Below the pieces are notes generated by a model. The model ran no database searches, was not told where the DNA came from, and saw nothing but the letters and a program-made list of their open reading frames with translations. DNA of 64,000 nucleotides from an archaeon (GTDB taxonomy: Archaea; Nanobdellota; Nanobdellia; SCGC-AAA011-G17; GW2011-AR17): NCBI GenBank assembly GCA_043825775.1, contig JBDRRK010000012.1, forward strand, positions 1,237-65,236, given 5' to 3'. Of the stretch, positions 18,555 through 30,256 are shown piece by piece. Numbering within the stretch: position 1 is the stretch's first letter; each line of letters begins with the position of its first letter. The translations under genes were made by a program, and so were the position numbers.

Positions 18555-20819
18555 ATGAACATAGCTTGGTTTAAAGATATTTCTAAGGATAAGGTTGCTC
18601 TAGTTGGAGGTAAGGGTGCTTCATTAGGAGAGATGTTTAATTCTGATTTTCCAATTCCAGAGGGTTTTTGTGTTACTGCAGATGCTTTTAAGAATTTTAT
18701 TGAGAAATCTGGAATTGATAAAGAGATTTTTAAGATATTAAAAGAGTGTGATGTTAAGGATAATAAACAATTAAATGAAGCTTCAAAAAAAGTTCAAGAA
18801 ATTATCATAAAGACACCAATGCCTCAAGATATTCAAGAGGATATTGTTGATAATTATGAAATTCTTTCAGAGAAGGGAAAGTTTGTTGCTGTTCGTTCAT
18901 CAGCGACAGCAGAAGATTTACCTGAAGCTTCTTTTGCAGGACAGCAAGCTTCTTATTTGAATATTAATGGAGATAAAATGTTATTGGCTTCTGTTAAAGC
19001 CTGTTGGGCTTCATTATATACAGCAAGAGCAATTTATTACAGAATAAAAAATAATTTTTCACATGAGAAGGTTTTTATTTCAGTTGTAATTCAAAGAATG
19101 GTTGCTTCTGAAAAAGCTGGAGTTATGTTTTCTGTTAATCCTGTTACTAATGATAGAAGAGAGATTTTAATTGAAAGTAGTTTTGGTTTAGGCGAGGCTG
19201 TTGTTTCTGGTTCAATAACTCCTGATGAGTTTATTGTAAATAAAAATAATTTAGAAATAGCAAAGAGGAATATTGTTAGGAAGACTTGGTTCATGACAAA
19301 GAATGCAGAGGGTGATAATGTAAAGAAGGATGTTCCTGAACAGTATCAGCAAAAAGCATCTTTAACTGATGATGAGATTAAACAGCTGGCTGAATTGGCT
19401 GTGAAGATTGAGGAGCATTATAAAAGTCCACAGGATATTGAATTTGCAATTGAAGGAAAAAATGTTTATATTGTGCAAGCAAGGCCGATTACAACTTTAA
19501 AAAAGAAGAAAGCAGAAAAACATGTTGATAAAAAAACAGAACAGATTGATATGAAGGATGCTAAACTTTTAGTTTCTGGTATTGGTGCTAGTCCTGGTGT
19601 TGGAAGAGGTCTGGTAAAAATTGTTAGAGGTTTGGATGATTTAGGTAAAGTAAAACAAGGTGATGTTTTAGTTGCAAATATGACTACTCCAGATTATGTT
19701 CCTGCAATGGAAAGAGCTTCTGCAATTGTTACTGATAGTGGAGGAGTCACAGCCCATGCATCAATTGTTGGAAGAGAGATGGGTATTCCAGTTATTGTTG
19801 GTACTGAACTTGCTACTAAAAAATTAAAAGATAATCAGTTTATTACTGTTGATGCATATAAAGGAAGAGTTTTCAAAGGAGATGTTTATATTCAAGAGAA
19901 AGAGAAAGAAAAAGTTTTGAATATTAAAACTGATATTAAAATTAAGGTTATTATGGATTTGCCTGACTATGCAGAGAAGGCTGCATTGACTGGAGCTGAT
20001 GGTGTTGGACTTTTGCGTGGAGAGTTTATCAATCTTAAGAATAGAGAACATCCATCTTATATGGTTAAAAGTGGAAAGAAGGAAGAGTTTATTGCACACT
20101 TAACAGAGAATATGAAAAAGGTTTGTAAGGCATTTAAGGGAAAGCCAGTTTGGTATAGAACTTTAGATGCTCCAACTGATGAATTAAGGAATTTACCAGG
20201 TGGTAAGGATGAGCCACATGAAGATAATCCAATGATGGGTTGGAGAAGTATAAGAAGAAGTTTGGATGAACCAGAGGTTTTGAAAGCTGAGTTTGAGGCA
20301 ATAAGAAGAGTGCACGAATCTGGATTTACTAATATTGGAATTATGTTACCTTTGGTTACTGATGTTGAGCAAGTAAAAAAATCTAAAAAATTATTTAAGG
20401 AACAGACAAAATTAGAGCCTATAAAAGATATTGATTTTGGTGTTATGATTGAGACTCCTGCTAGTGTACAAATAATTGAAGAACTTTGTAAAGAAGGATT
20501 AAGTTTTGTTTCTTTTGGTACTAATGATTTAACACAGTTTACATTAGCCGTTGATAGAAATTCTGCTAGAGTACAAAAGTTATTTGATGAAATGCATCCT
20601 GCTGTTTTAAGGCAGATACATTATGTTATAAAAGTTTGTAAAAGGTATAAGGTTAAAACTTCTATATGTGGTCAGGCTGGTTCAAGGCCAGAGATGGCAG
20701 AGTTCTTGTTTAACGAAGGTGTTAATTCTATTAGTGCGAATCCTGATGCGGTTAATGCTATTAGAAAAATTATTGCAAAGTTAGAAGGGAAGATTCCTAA
20801 TGGAAAGAAAGGGAATTAA
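18555..20819 (+). CDS. ppsA: Phosphoenolpyruvate synthase (pyruvate, water dikinase)
   Basis: 754 aa; phosphohistidine motif 'GGVTAHASIVGREMGIPVIVG'; N-terminal ATP-grasp and C-terminal PEP-utilising domains. Confidence 0.9.
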   Translation: MNIAWFKDISKDKVALVGGKGASLGEMFNSDFPIPEGFCVTADAFKNFIEKSGIDKEIFKILKECDVKDNKQLNEASKKVQEIIIKTPMPQDIQEDIVDNYEILSEKGKFVAVRSSATAEDLPEASFAGQQASYLNINGDKMLLASVKACWASLYTARAIYYRIKNNFSHEKVFISVVIQRMVASEKAGVMFSVNPVTNDRREILIESSFGLGEAVVSGSITPDEFIVNKNNLEIAKRNIVRKTWFMTKNAEGDNVKKDVPEQYQQKASLTDDEIKQLAELAVKIEEHYKSPQDIEFAIEGKNVYIVQARPITTLKKKKAEKHVDKKTEQIDMKDAKLLVSGIGASPGVGRGLVKIVRGLDDLGKVKQGDVLVANMTTPDYVPAMERASAIVTDSGGVTAHASIVGREMGIPVIVGTELATKKLKDNQFITVDAYKGRVFKGDVYIQEKEKEKVLNIKTDIKIKVIMDLPDYAEKAALTGADGVGLLRGEFINLKNREHPSYMVKSGKKEEFIAHLTENMKKVCKAFKGKPVWYRTLDAPTDELRNLPGGKDEPHEDNPMMGWRSIRRSLDEPEVLKAEFEAIRRVHESGFTNIGIMLPLVTDVEQVKKSKKLFKEQTKLEPIKDIDFGVMIETPASVQIIEELCKEGLSFVSFGTNDLTQFTLAVDRNSARVQKLFDEMHPAVLRQIHYVIKVCKRYKVKTSICGQAGSRPEMAEFLFNEGVNSISANPDAVNAIRKIIAKLEGKIPNGKKGN

Positions 20820-21181
20820 ATAGTGTATTTTTCTAGTGTTGTTTTAATTGTGTCTCTAAATTCAGTTATACTAAAAGGTTTTCCTATAAATGCATCAGCT
20901 CCTGCTTCTATCCAGTCTTTTTGAAACTCTTCTTTTCCAGACATTCCAATTATTCCAAAAGTATTTCCATATAACTGTCTTGCTCTTTTACAAGCTTCAT
21001 AACCTTTTAAACCATTCATTTCAGTGTCCATAACAACTAGATCTGGAATATTTTTTGCTAATGATTCTAATAATTGTGTTGCATTTTCAAAAGTGCTTGT
21101 ATTATAGCCAAGTCCATCAACTAATCTTTTTACAACTTTTCTCATTAAAACTTCATCATCTACAATATATATATTTGCCAT
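20816..21181 (-). CDS. Single-domain response regulator (CheY-like receiver)
   Basis: 'IYIVDDE…DLVVMDTEM…GK' receiver signature, 121 aa. Confidence 0.8.
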   Translation of the reverse strand: MANIYIVDDEVLMRKVVKRLVDGLGYNTSTFENATQLLESLAKNIPDLVVMDTEMNGLKGYEACKRARQLYGNTFGIIGMSGKEEFQKDWIEAGADAFIGKPFSITEFRDTIKTTLEKYTI

Positions 21182-21236
21182 AGTATTGTGAGAAAATTGA
21201 GGGTTTATAAGGGTTTTGATAAGAAAAAAAAGAATA

Positions 21237-21671
21237 TTATTCTTTAACTTCTGTAATTTCTACAACCTTAAATTTAAACTTCAAAGTTTTTCCAGCTAGA
21301 GGATGATTCATATCTAATGTTGCTTCTTTGTCATCCATTTTTATAATCTTAACTGGCATCTTTGCTCCATTTGGCAAACCCATAACTAACATTGCACCTT
21401 CTTCTGCTTCTGGAGGAAGTTTATCTTTTGGAATTGTTTGAATCATTTGTTCATTTCTTTCGCCGTAAGCTTCAGTTGGTTTTAGAGTTATTTCTTTTTC
21501 TTCATCTTTTTCCATACCAATTACAGCTTCATCAAAACCTTTGATTACCATACCTGTTCTAGCTTCAAATTCTAGAGGTTGGCCATGTGTTTCAGAACTA
21601 TCAAAAACAGTACCATCTTCTAAGGTTCCTGTGTATTCTACTTTAATTTTATCTCCTTTCTTTACTTTCAT
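21237..21671 (-). CDS. FKBP-type peptidyl-prolyl cis-trans isomerase (SlyD-like)
   Basis: 'GDKIKVEYTGTLEDGTVFDSS' FKBP fold start followed by an IF-insert-like region. Confidence 0.85.
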   Translation of the reverse strand: MKVKKGDKIKVEYTGTLEDGTVFDSSETHGQPLEFEARTGMVIKGFDEAVIGMEKDEEKEITLKPTEAYGERNEQMIQTIPKDKLPPEAEEGAMLVMGLPNGAKMPVKIIKMDDKEATLDMNHPLAGKTLKFKFKVVEITEVKE

Positions 21672-21746
21672 TTTAAACTCCTACGCAAACAAGTAAGAAC
21701 TCATTACGATTTATAAAAAAGAAAAATTAATGTTATTTAAAAGTTA

Positions 21747-22160
21747 CTATTCAATTTCACCCTTTAATTTCTTCATTAAATAGATGTTTTCTGTTTTCAT
21801 TTTATTTAGAACAAATGAATACTTGTGTTGTTTTGCTAATAGATCATTAAGCATTTCTGTTACTTCATTAGAATCCAATGTTACACCTGCTGGTTCAAGG
21901 ATTTCTATTGCTGATGGCATGAAGTCAAAACATATTTCCATAACTGTTTTCATTGAATCTGTTTCAAATTCAATATCTGCATAGGCAGAGAACATTGTGT
22001 TTTCTAATTCTTCTGCTGCTTTTGGTTTTACGTTAAGAATTTTTATTCCTTTTTTTTCTTTTAAATTATCTATGATATTGTTTAGAGTATTATCAACATG
22101 TTCTTTAGGAGACCCTAGTACTTCTTCAGTTATTCTTACTACGATTCTTTCTTTTTTCAT
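21747..22160 (-). CDS. Hypothetical protein
   Basis: 137-aa ORF, no confident motif. Confidence 0.4.
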   Translation of the reverse strand: MKKERIVVRITEEVLGSPKEHVDNTLNNIIDNLKEKKGIKILNVKPKAAEELENTMFSAYADIEFETDSMKTVMEICFDFMPSAIEILEPAGVTLDSNEVTEMLNDLLAKQHKYSFVLNKMKTENIYLMKKLKGEIE

Positions 22161-22439
22161 TTAAAACACCTATTGACATGAATATCATGCTTAATATAAA
22201 CAAGATTATACCTATAAATGGTAAGTTCGTTGTTTGGAAGATAATGTCTTGATTTATAATAATTTCGGATAACATATTTATAATTATAGAGTAGAGATTA
22301 AAAAGGATTTATTCTAAAATTTCGGAAGATTTACAACCCAGAGCAATAGCGACAGGTAACAAATATTTACTTGCATAAAAAGGACTCAAGGATTTATCTC
22401 TCTATTGAATAAGAAAATTGGTAGACAGAAATAAGCCAC

Positions 22440-22710
22440 CTTCTGTCCCTCTATATAGAGGTGCTAACGATTCAACTAAGCGTCTCGAAGACTTGCACCA
22501 GCAGGGGCTCACCGTTTCATCGGTTCCTTGGTCAATGTCAACAGGTTAACTCGTTCCCCTTGCGGAGAACTTCGCCATATCATCCTAAACCAGGTCGTGT
22601 CGTTTCTGGATGGTTGCCTTTGCTTTCGCAAACCCAGTGGGCTGCTTTTAGTGGTGGATGGACTTTCCTCAGAACCTTTTTGATAAAAAGCTTCACCAAA
22701 AATAAGTTCC
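22440..22710 (-). ncRNA. rnpB: RNase P RNA candidate (reduced)
   Basis: On the minus strand the universal CR-I 'GAGGAAAGUCC' is present near the 5' end, with a degenerate CR-V-like 'GAGACGCUUAG' near the 3' end. The roughly 250-nt island is about 55% GC in a 30% GC genome and lies next to the rRNA operon. Confidence 0.5.
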
Positions 22711-22768
22711 GTAGTTAGCTATCTGCCTACCAATGATTATGAAATAAAATAATAATTTAAAAATGTTA

Positions 22769-23143
22769 CTAAAACATCATTTGAAGTTTAGTTCTCAATG
22801 CTTCATACTTGTCTTCTGCATTTTCCATGAAATCATGAGTTGTATGGTATTGTGAACCTTGTGTTCTTAATTTTTCTATGTCTGTTAAATTCATTCCTCT
22901 GATATCTTTGCTACTTAGATTATCATACTGACCAAGATTTCTGTTTTTTGCATCAATAAAGTATTCATGTCCTGCTTCTGAAATTCCCTTTAATTGAGAA
23001 TTATCAGTACCTATATGAACTCTCTGTGTTTGGGTTTCTAGTGTTTGTGAACCAAAATCTGTTATGTTTTTAATTCCTGGAAATAGTGTTAATGCTCCAG
23101 CTACTGCCAAAGCTGCTAATCCACCTGTGATATATTCTTTCAT
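22769..23143 (-). CDS. Hypothetical secreted/membrane protein
   Basis: N-terminal hydrophobic segment; lies between the 23S and the RNase P candidate on the same strand. Confidence 0.4.
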   Translation of the reverse strand: MKEYITGGLAALAVAGALTLFPGIKNITDFGSQTLETQTQRVHIGTDNSQLKGISEAGHEYFIDAKNRNLGQYDNLSSKDIRGMNLTDIEKLRTQGSQYHTTHDFMENAEDKYEALRTKLQMMF

Positions 23144-23160
23144 CTTATTTTATTCTCCTT

Positions 23161-23541
23161 TTAATTTGATAGAGATATAGCAATGTTTGTATAATTCATT
23201 AATTCACTTGCACTTTCAAAGCAAATTTGAACAAACTCTGGATTTGCACATCTTGCTTGTTCTTCTCTACATGTTTCCATTAGTTGATTACTACCATCAT
23301 ACATTCCTTGAATCTGAGTTAGTTCAAGATCTTCTAAGCCTCTCATCCTTTGATTTACTTCTGATTTGTCTTCTTCAAACTCTCTTATTCTGTATTCAAT
23401 TATTGGATTGTTGTTACAATCTTCTAGTCTACTATGATAATTTCCTATAACTGTTCCAGCACCAATTCCAATAATACTGGGTAGAATTATTGCTAATCCT
23501 CCAAAAAGGCTTCTTCTTATATTTTGATTTGCTTTTCCCAT
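23161..23541 (-). CDS. Hypothetical membrane-anchored protein
   Basis: N-terminal TM 'LFGGLAIILPSIIGIGAG'. Confidence 0.4.
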   Translation of the reverse strand: MGKANQNIRRSLFGGLAIILPSIIGIGAGTVIGNYHSRLEDCNNNPIIEYRIREFEEDKSEVNQRMRGLEDLELTQIQGMYDGSNQLMETCREEQARCANPEFVQICFESASELMNYTNIAISLSN

Positions 23542-23759
23542 GGTATAAAACCTCTGTTTTGTTACTATTTATAAGGGGTTATTATATTTATAAAGGTTTC
23601 CATTCTCTAATATTACAACCCGGAGCGTAGCGACAGGTAACATATATTTATCGACCATAAAAAGGACTCAAGGATTATTCCCTCTCCCGATATTTACAGT
23701 ATAATAAAACAACAGAGTTCTCACTCTACTGAATAAAAATAATAAAAAAAAGTAATGAA

Positions 23760-26740
23760 ACCATGCTAGGCAGAGTCTTGAAAATCCATGTCAAACTATT
23801 GGTAACTGCACGCTGAATATCTCGCCGAAGCTCGATACTTACACGCCAGTCCCATCAAACCCCTGTTTTGGGGGTGTTCTTGATCTCGTTTTGCGGTGTC
23901 TTTCGTGCTTAGATGCTTTCAGCACTTATGACTTGCTGCGTAGCTGCCCTGCCTGCCTTGTCAGACAACAGGTACACCAGAGGCAACGAACCCCTGTTCC
24001 TCTCGTACTAAGAGATCCTTCCACTCAGATCTTTAACACCTCTAGTAGATATCATACAAACTGTCTCGCAACGTTCTTAACCCAGCTCACGAACCGCTTT
24101 AACCGGTGAACACCCGTACCCTTGGGCGCTTCTGCACGCCCAGGATGCGATGAGCCGACAACGAAGTAGCAAGCCGCGCCGTCGATCTACTCACTCTGTT
24201 CGATATTTTTCGAACAAAAATTTGAGCTCTTAGGCGCGACAACTCAGTTATCCCCAGGATAGCTTTTCTGTCATACTTGGCCCCCATCAAAGAGGACACA
24301 AGGGTTCGCTAGACCAATCTTTCGATGCTGCATTTCTTACTGTTCAAAATACAGTCAGGCAAGCTTTTGCTCTTGCACTCTACTCCGGATTTCTGAACCG
24401 GATGAGCTTACCTTTGGGCCCAATTGATACCTTTTCAACTGGGTGCCGCCCCAGCCAAACTGTCTACCAACTGCTGTCCTTTCCGAAGAAAGTAAGCGAT
24501 GTAAAATGTAAAGGGTGGTGTCTCATTGGTGTCTATTCCTAATCTGGCGATTAGAACATAGCAACTACCACCTACACTGCACAATATATCTCACACCGCA
24601 ACAATAAGCTACAGTAAAGTTCCATGGGGTCTTCGCTTCCCACTAGAGGTCTCTGGACTTCACACCAGAATGTAATGTTCGGGGGCATTTAGCTTGGGAC
24701 AATGGGGAACTCGTTACGCCGTTCATGCAGGTCGTCAATTAAACGACAAGGCATTTCGCTACCTTAAGAGAATTATAGTTATTCCCGCCGTTTACCTGCT
24801 CTTAGCTCCCTTGAAAAGGAGTTTGAAGTACAGGCACTGGGCAGACGTCACGAACTATACACACCATTTCTGGCTAGCAGTTCGTTAGGTTTTTGTTAAA
24901 CAGTCGGTCCCCCCTAGTAATGGTACCCTGTAATCGCACCTATGCAGATACAATCGCAGGGACCCCTTATGCCGAAGGCACGGGGCTATTCTGTCGAATT
25001 CCCTAAGCTAAGTTAAACCCTCAGACCTTGGGCTTCTCACCCTGGACACCAGTGCTGGTTCTAGGTATAGTTACTTAAGATCCTTCCATGTTCCCTTTTC
25101 ATGGACTCCAGATATTGACCAAACAGACTCAAGGTCTGCTCATCTTAGATTTAATCTTCTTCTCACCATTATGGTACTCCAAAGATTTATTCTAGTTGAC
25201 AATCACGATGATGATTGTTGGTCTCCTCTGAAATGTTAGAAACTTGGCTTGCGTTGCCGCACGTACTTAAGTAGTACAGGAATATTAACCTGTTTCCCTT
25301 TCCCGCGAATCGGTTAAGATTGCAGTTAGGACTAACTTACCCTCAGCTGAACTACATTGCTGAGGAACCCTTGCCCTTTCGGTCCTAGAGATTCTCACTC
25401 TAAATAGATCCTACTTTTGCCAGGATTCTCATCTCTACATGGTTCACAATTACTCACGCAATTGCTTTTGCCCGTGCAGAGCGCCTACCTACCCCGCTCC
25501 ACTCTCTTGAGTGGGCAGATATAGTATCGGTAACTGATTTAGCCCCGTCCATTTTCAGGGCACATGACCTTGACAGGTGAGCTGTTACGCTATCTTTAAA
25601 GGATGGCTGCTTCTAAGCCAACCTCCCCGCTGTCTTTGGTGACGAACACCTTTCGCCCTTTAACACTTAACCAGTATTTTGGGACCTTAACTATATTGAG
25701 GGCTGTTCCCCTCTAGCTACACAAGTTTACCCCAGTGCAGCCGTTTCCAGACTTCTACGACGTTAAGGCATTTGGAGTTGGACAAGAAGGTGAAGGATTT
25801 CTCCCCCGGGCCTCCAAATCCGTAGCTCTACCTCCTTAACTATCTCTGTCCAGACTAGACTTAGGCCTATTTCGGTAGGAACCAGCTATTACCGGGCTCG
25901 ATTGGCTTTTCACCCCTAGCCACAGGTTATAAGAACATATGCACATAGCACCTCTTCAGACCTCCACCACTCATACAAGCGGCTTCATCTTACCCAAGGC
26001 TAGATCGCTCGGTTTCGGGTAGTACCCTAGTGACTTATGGCATTTTCATACCACTCTCCTTGTAAACTGCGAGATTTTGGTTTCCCTTTGAATACGCCCT
26101 TAACAGGCTTACTCTTGCCACTAAAATACACTCCCTGGCACGTTATTCGAAACGCACGATACAACTCCTTAAAGCTGTATCATTCTTTCACCATTAGATT
26201 TCAGGCTCTTTTAACTCTCTATCACGAGTTCTTTTCAACGTTCCCTCACGGTACTATTCGCTATCGGACTCAAGACATATTTAGAGTTGGAAGTTGATGT
26301 CTCCCAAATTCAGACACAATAACAAATGTGCCCTACTCAAGATACTCACACTCCTTCTAGAATTCTTTAAGGGGCTATCACCCTCTATGGCATTCCGTTC
26401 CAGAAAACTTCAATTATTCTAGTTAAGGTATAAAAGTGAGTCTTTAACACCACATCTCCCTTACATTTCTGTAAGGGATTCAGTTTGCTCTGTTCCGCTT
26501 TCTCTCGCTGATAATGACGGAATCTCGATTGATTTCTTTTCCTCTAGGTACTGAGACGCTTCAATTCCCTAGGTTCCTCGCCCTCTCGGACTATATGAGA
26601 AGTCTCATTAAGGGATCTCTGGTTCAAAGGCTGCTTGCGCCTATCCAGAGCATTTCGTAGCTTGCCACGCCCTTCATCAGTGTCTTGAACCAAGTCTTTC
26701 ATCTAATGGTTTAGTTGGATTTATTTAGACTCTGCCTATG
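23760..26740 (-). rRNA. 23S ribosomal RNA
   Basis: Minus strand: sarcin-ricin loop (plus-strand 'cctctcgtact' at about 24000); 'GCTGAAAGCATCTAAGC' (plus rc at about 23906-23922); 5' domain 'CUGAUGAAGGGCGUGGCAAGCU' at about 26626-26665. Ends approximate. Confidence 0.85.
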
Positions 26741-26899
26741 CATGGTATCATTGAATATGATATATCAAAACTTTTGTTTTGTATGTTATTCACGACGACA
26801 ACTGTCGGATGATACCCTTCACACATGATACTACATCAAGTGTTGCATTTGTATATTTGATGAATAATTTTCGGACTCGCTTATTCAGCATGAGTCCTA

Positions 26900-26973
26900 T
26901 GGACTCGTCGGGATTCGAACCCGAGGCCCCCTCCTTGCAAGGGAGGTGCTCTACCAGGCTGAGCTACGAGCCC
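26900..26973 (-). tRNA. tRNA-Ala (TGC) in the 16S-23S spacer
   Basis: rc = GGGCTCGTAGCTCAGCCTGGTAGAGCACCTCCCTTGCAAGGAGGGGGCCTCGGGTTCGAATCCCGACGAGTCCA; G3:U70 identity pair; anticodon loop CTTGCAA. Confidence 0.9.
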
Positions 26974-27119
26974 GTATTTTAATTATGATTTAATGTGTAT
27001 GAGCATTTGAGTATGTAGTAGTTCTATTATTAGCACACAAACCAAACTTTTTCAAAAAAAGTTTGATCAAAAATGTGATCAAAATCGACTTTGACCAAGG
27101 TAATATGATTTTAAATAAA

Positions 27120-28591
<1,472 letters not shown>

Positions 28592-28919
28592 TGTTGCAAG
28601 TTTATTAGAACTTAAAGTGAATTTTTGAGAACCACTACATTCTACTCAGCTCATACATCATACATAATTTTTTAATTAGGTACTCATCAAATTTTTTGAA
28701 ATTCAGCTCGTATATAAATGTTCTTATTTCCTATTTCTCTTTCTCTTCTCTTTCTTTAGTCTCTTTCTCTGCCATTTCCATCTCATCTGGCCTTTCTTTT
28801 TCCATCTACGGGAGCTTCTTTTCATTAGAGATTTTGGGAAATTTACTTATTTATAAATGTTTGTGTTGTTGTAGAGAATATTTAAAAGTCAGTAGAGAGT
28901 AGAGCTTTGAGTCCTTTGT

Positions 28920-29363
28920 TTATGGTTGTAATATTTTGTAGAGATGCTGTGAAGTTGATATTTGTTTGTAATCGTCGAGAGGGATTGATAAATAAGTATT
29001 ATCTACTAGAAACTTTTTGTATTGAAGTACTTTTGTTGCTGGAATGCAGAACCATGTTGTGTAATGTATGTCTTTGTTACTGATAATATACCAAACTTGC
29101 ATGTTGAAAAGTTTTTGTAGGTTTGAATATTTTTTTGCTTCTATGTAGTCGATGCAGAGTTTTTTGTGTTTTTTTAAAGGAGTTTTATCTTTTATGTCTA
29201 CTAGGAGATATCCAAAATTTGGGATGAGAATAAAAAAATCAGGTCTTTTAATTTTTAATTGTTTTATTTCTTTTGAGAAAGTTTGTGTTTCTTGATTGAT
29301 GAACCAGAATGGAATCTTATGTTTGTCTAAATATTCTTGGAATTGTTTTTCTGCTGTGTTCAT
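28920..29363 (-). CDS. Hypothetical protein with a PD-(D/E)xK-like motif
   Basis: 'RPDFFILIPNFGYLLVDIKDK' resembles D…(D/E)xK nuclease-core spacing. Confidence 0.35.
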   Translation of the reverse strand: MNTAEKQFQEYLDKHKIPFWFINQETQTFSKEIKQLKIKRPDFFILIPNFGYLLVDIKDKTPLKKHKKLCIDYIEAKKYSNLQKLFNMQVWYIISNKDIHYTTWFCIPATKVLQYKKFLVDNTYLSIPLDDYKQISTSQHLYKILQP

Positions 29364-29420
29364 AAGTGTTGATTAGTTTGTAGTTTTATAAATTTTATTT
29401 AGAGAAGTCCGGAAAATTTC

Positions 29421-29495
29421 TGCCCTGGCCGGGATTTGAACCCGGGTCTTCACCTCGAAAGGGTGAAATGATTGACCGTGCTACACCACCAGGGC
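29421..29495 (-). tRNA. tRNA-Glu (TTC)
   Basis: rc = GCCCTGGTGGTGTAGCACGGTCAATCATTTCACCCTTTCGAGGTGAAGACCCGGGTTCAAATCCCGGCCAGGGCA; anticodon loop CTTTCGA. Confidence 0.85.
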
Positions 29496-29578
29496 TTTAG
29501 TTCTTTGGAAATTTATTTTCTTTATAAAGTTTTCTTATTGACATAATGTTTATATATTGATAGGTTCTTGGATAATTA

Positions 29579-30256
29579 ATGGAAAATATTATTGAATTAA
29601 AAGATGTGTGGAAAACTTTTCGAATGGGAGAGGTTGATGTACATGCTCTTAGGGGATTGTCATTACATATTAAAAAAGGAGAGTTTGTTTCTATACAAGG
29701 ACCAAGTGGTTCAGGTAAAAGTACTACTATGTTTTTAGTTGGTTGTTTAGATTTACCTTCAAAAGGTGGAGTTTATTTAGATGGTCAGAATATTGCAACA
29801 TTAGGTGAATCACATTTAGCTCAAATTAGAGGTAGAAAAATTGGTTTTATTTTTCAAAGTTTTAATTTATTAGGGAATATTAGTGCAAAAGATAATGTTG
29901 AGTTGCCCATGACTTTTCAAGGTGTTGATGCAGCAACTAGAAGTAAAAAATCTATTGAGTTGTTAACTAAAGTTGGATTGAGGCATAGGATTACTCACAA
30001 ACCAACTGAATTATCAGGTGGGGAAAGGCAGAGAGTTGCAATTGCAAGAGCTTTAGCAAATGATCCTGAAGTAATCTTAGCTGATGAGCCAACTGGAAAT
30101 TTAGATTCTAAAACTGGAAAAGAAATTATGGATTTGTTAAAGGATTTAAATGTTAGAGAGAAGAGAACAATTATTATGGTTACCCACGATAGAAGCATTG
30201 CTATGGAAGCAAAAAGGCAAATATATTTAAAGGATGGGAGAATTAGCAAAACATAA
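29579..30256 (+). CDS. ABC transporter ATP-binding protein (MacB/LolD-type)
   Basis: Walker A 'GPSGSGKST', signature 'LSGGERQRVAIARAL', Walker B 'ILADEPTGNLD'. Confidence 0.9.
   Translation: MENIIELKDVWKTFRMGEVDVHALRGLSLHIKKGEFVSIQGPSGSGKSTTMFLVGCLDLPSKGGVYLDGQNIATLGESHLAQIRGRKIGFIFQSFNLLGNISAKDNVELPMTFQGVDAATRSKKSIELLTKVGLRHRITHKPTELSGGERQRVAIARALANDPEVILADEPTGNLDSKTGKEIMDLLKDLNVREKRTIIMVTHDRSIAMEAKRQIYLKDGRISKT

Noticed and set aside
21747-22160. Assignment of 21747-22160 as aEF-1beta or another translation factor
   Set aside because: Size and position suggested it, but the sequence does not match the aEF-1beta pattern. It is left as hypothetical
28620-28900. Calling a specific rRNA promoter upstream of the 16S
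   Set aside because: Several AT-rich TATA-like stretches are present (for example 'tttatatacgagctg' in minus sense). None can be singled out without a TSS, so none is reported as a feature
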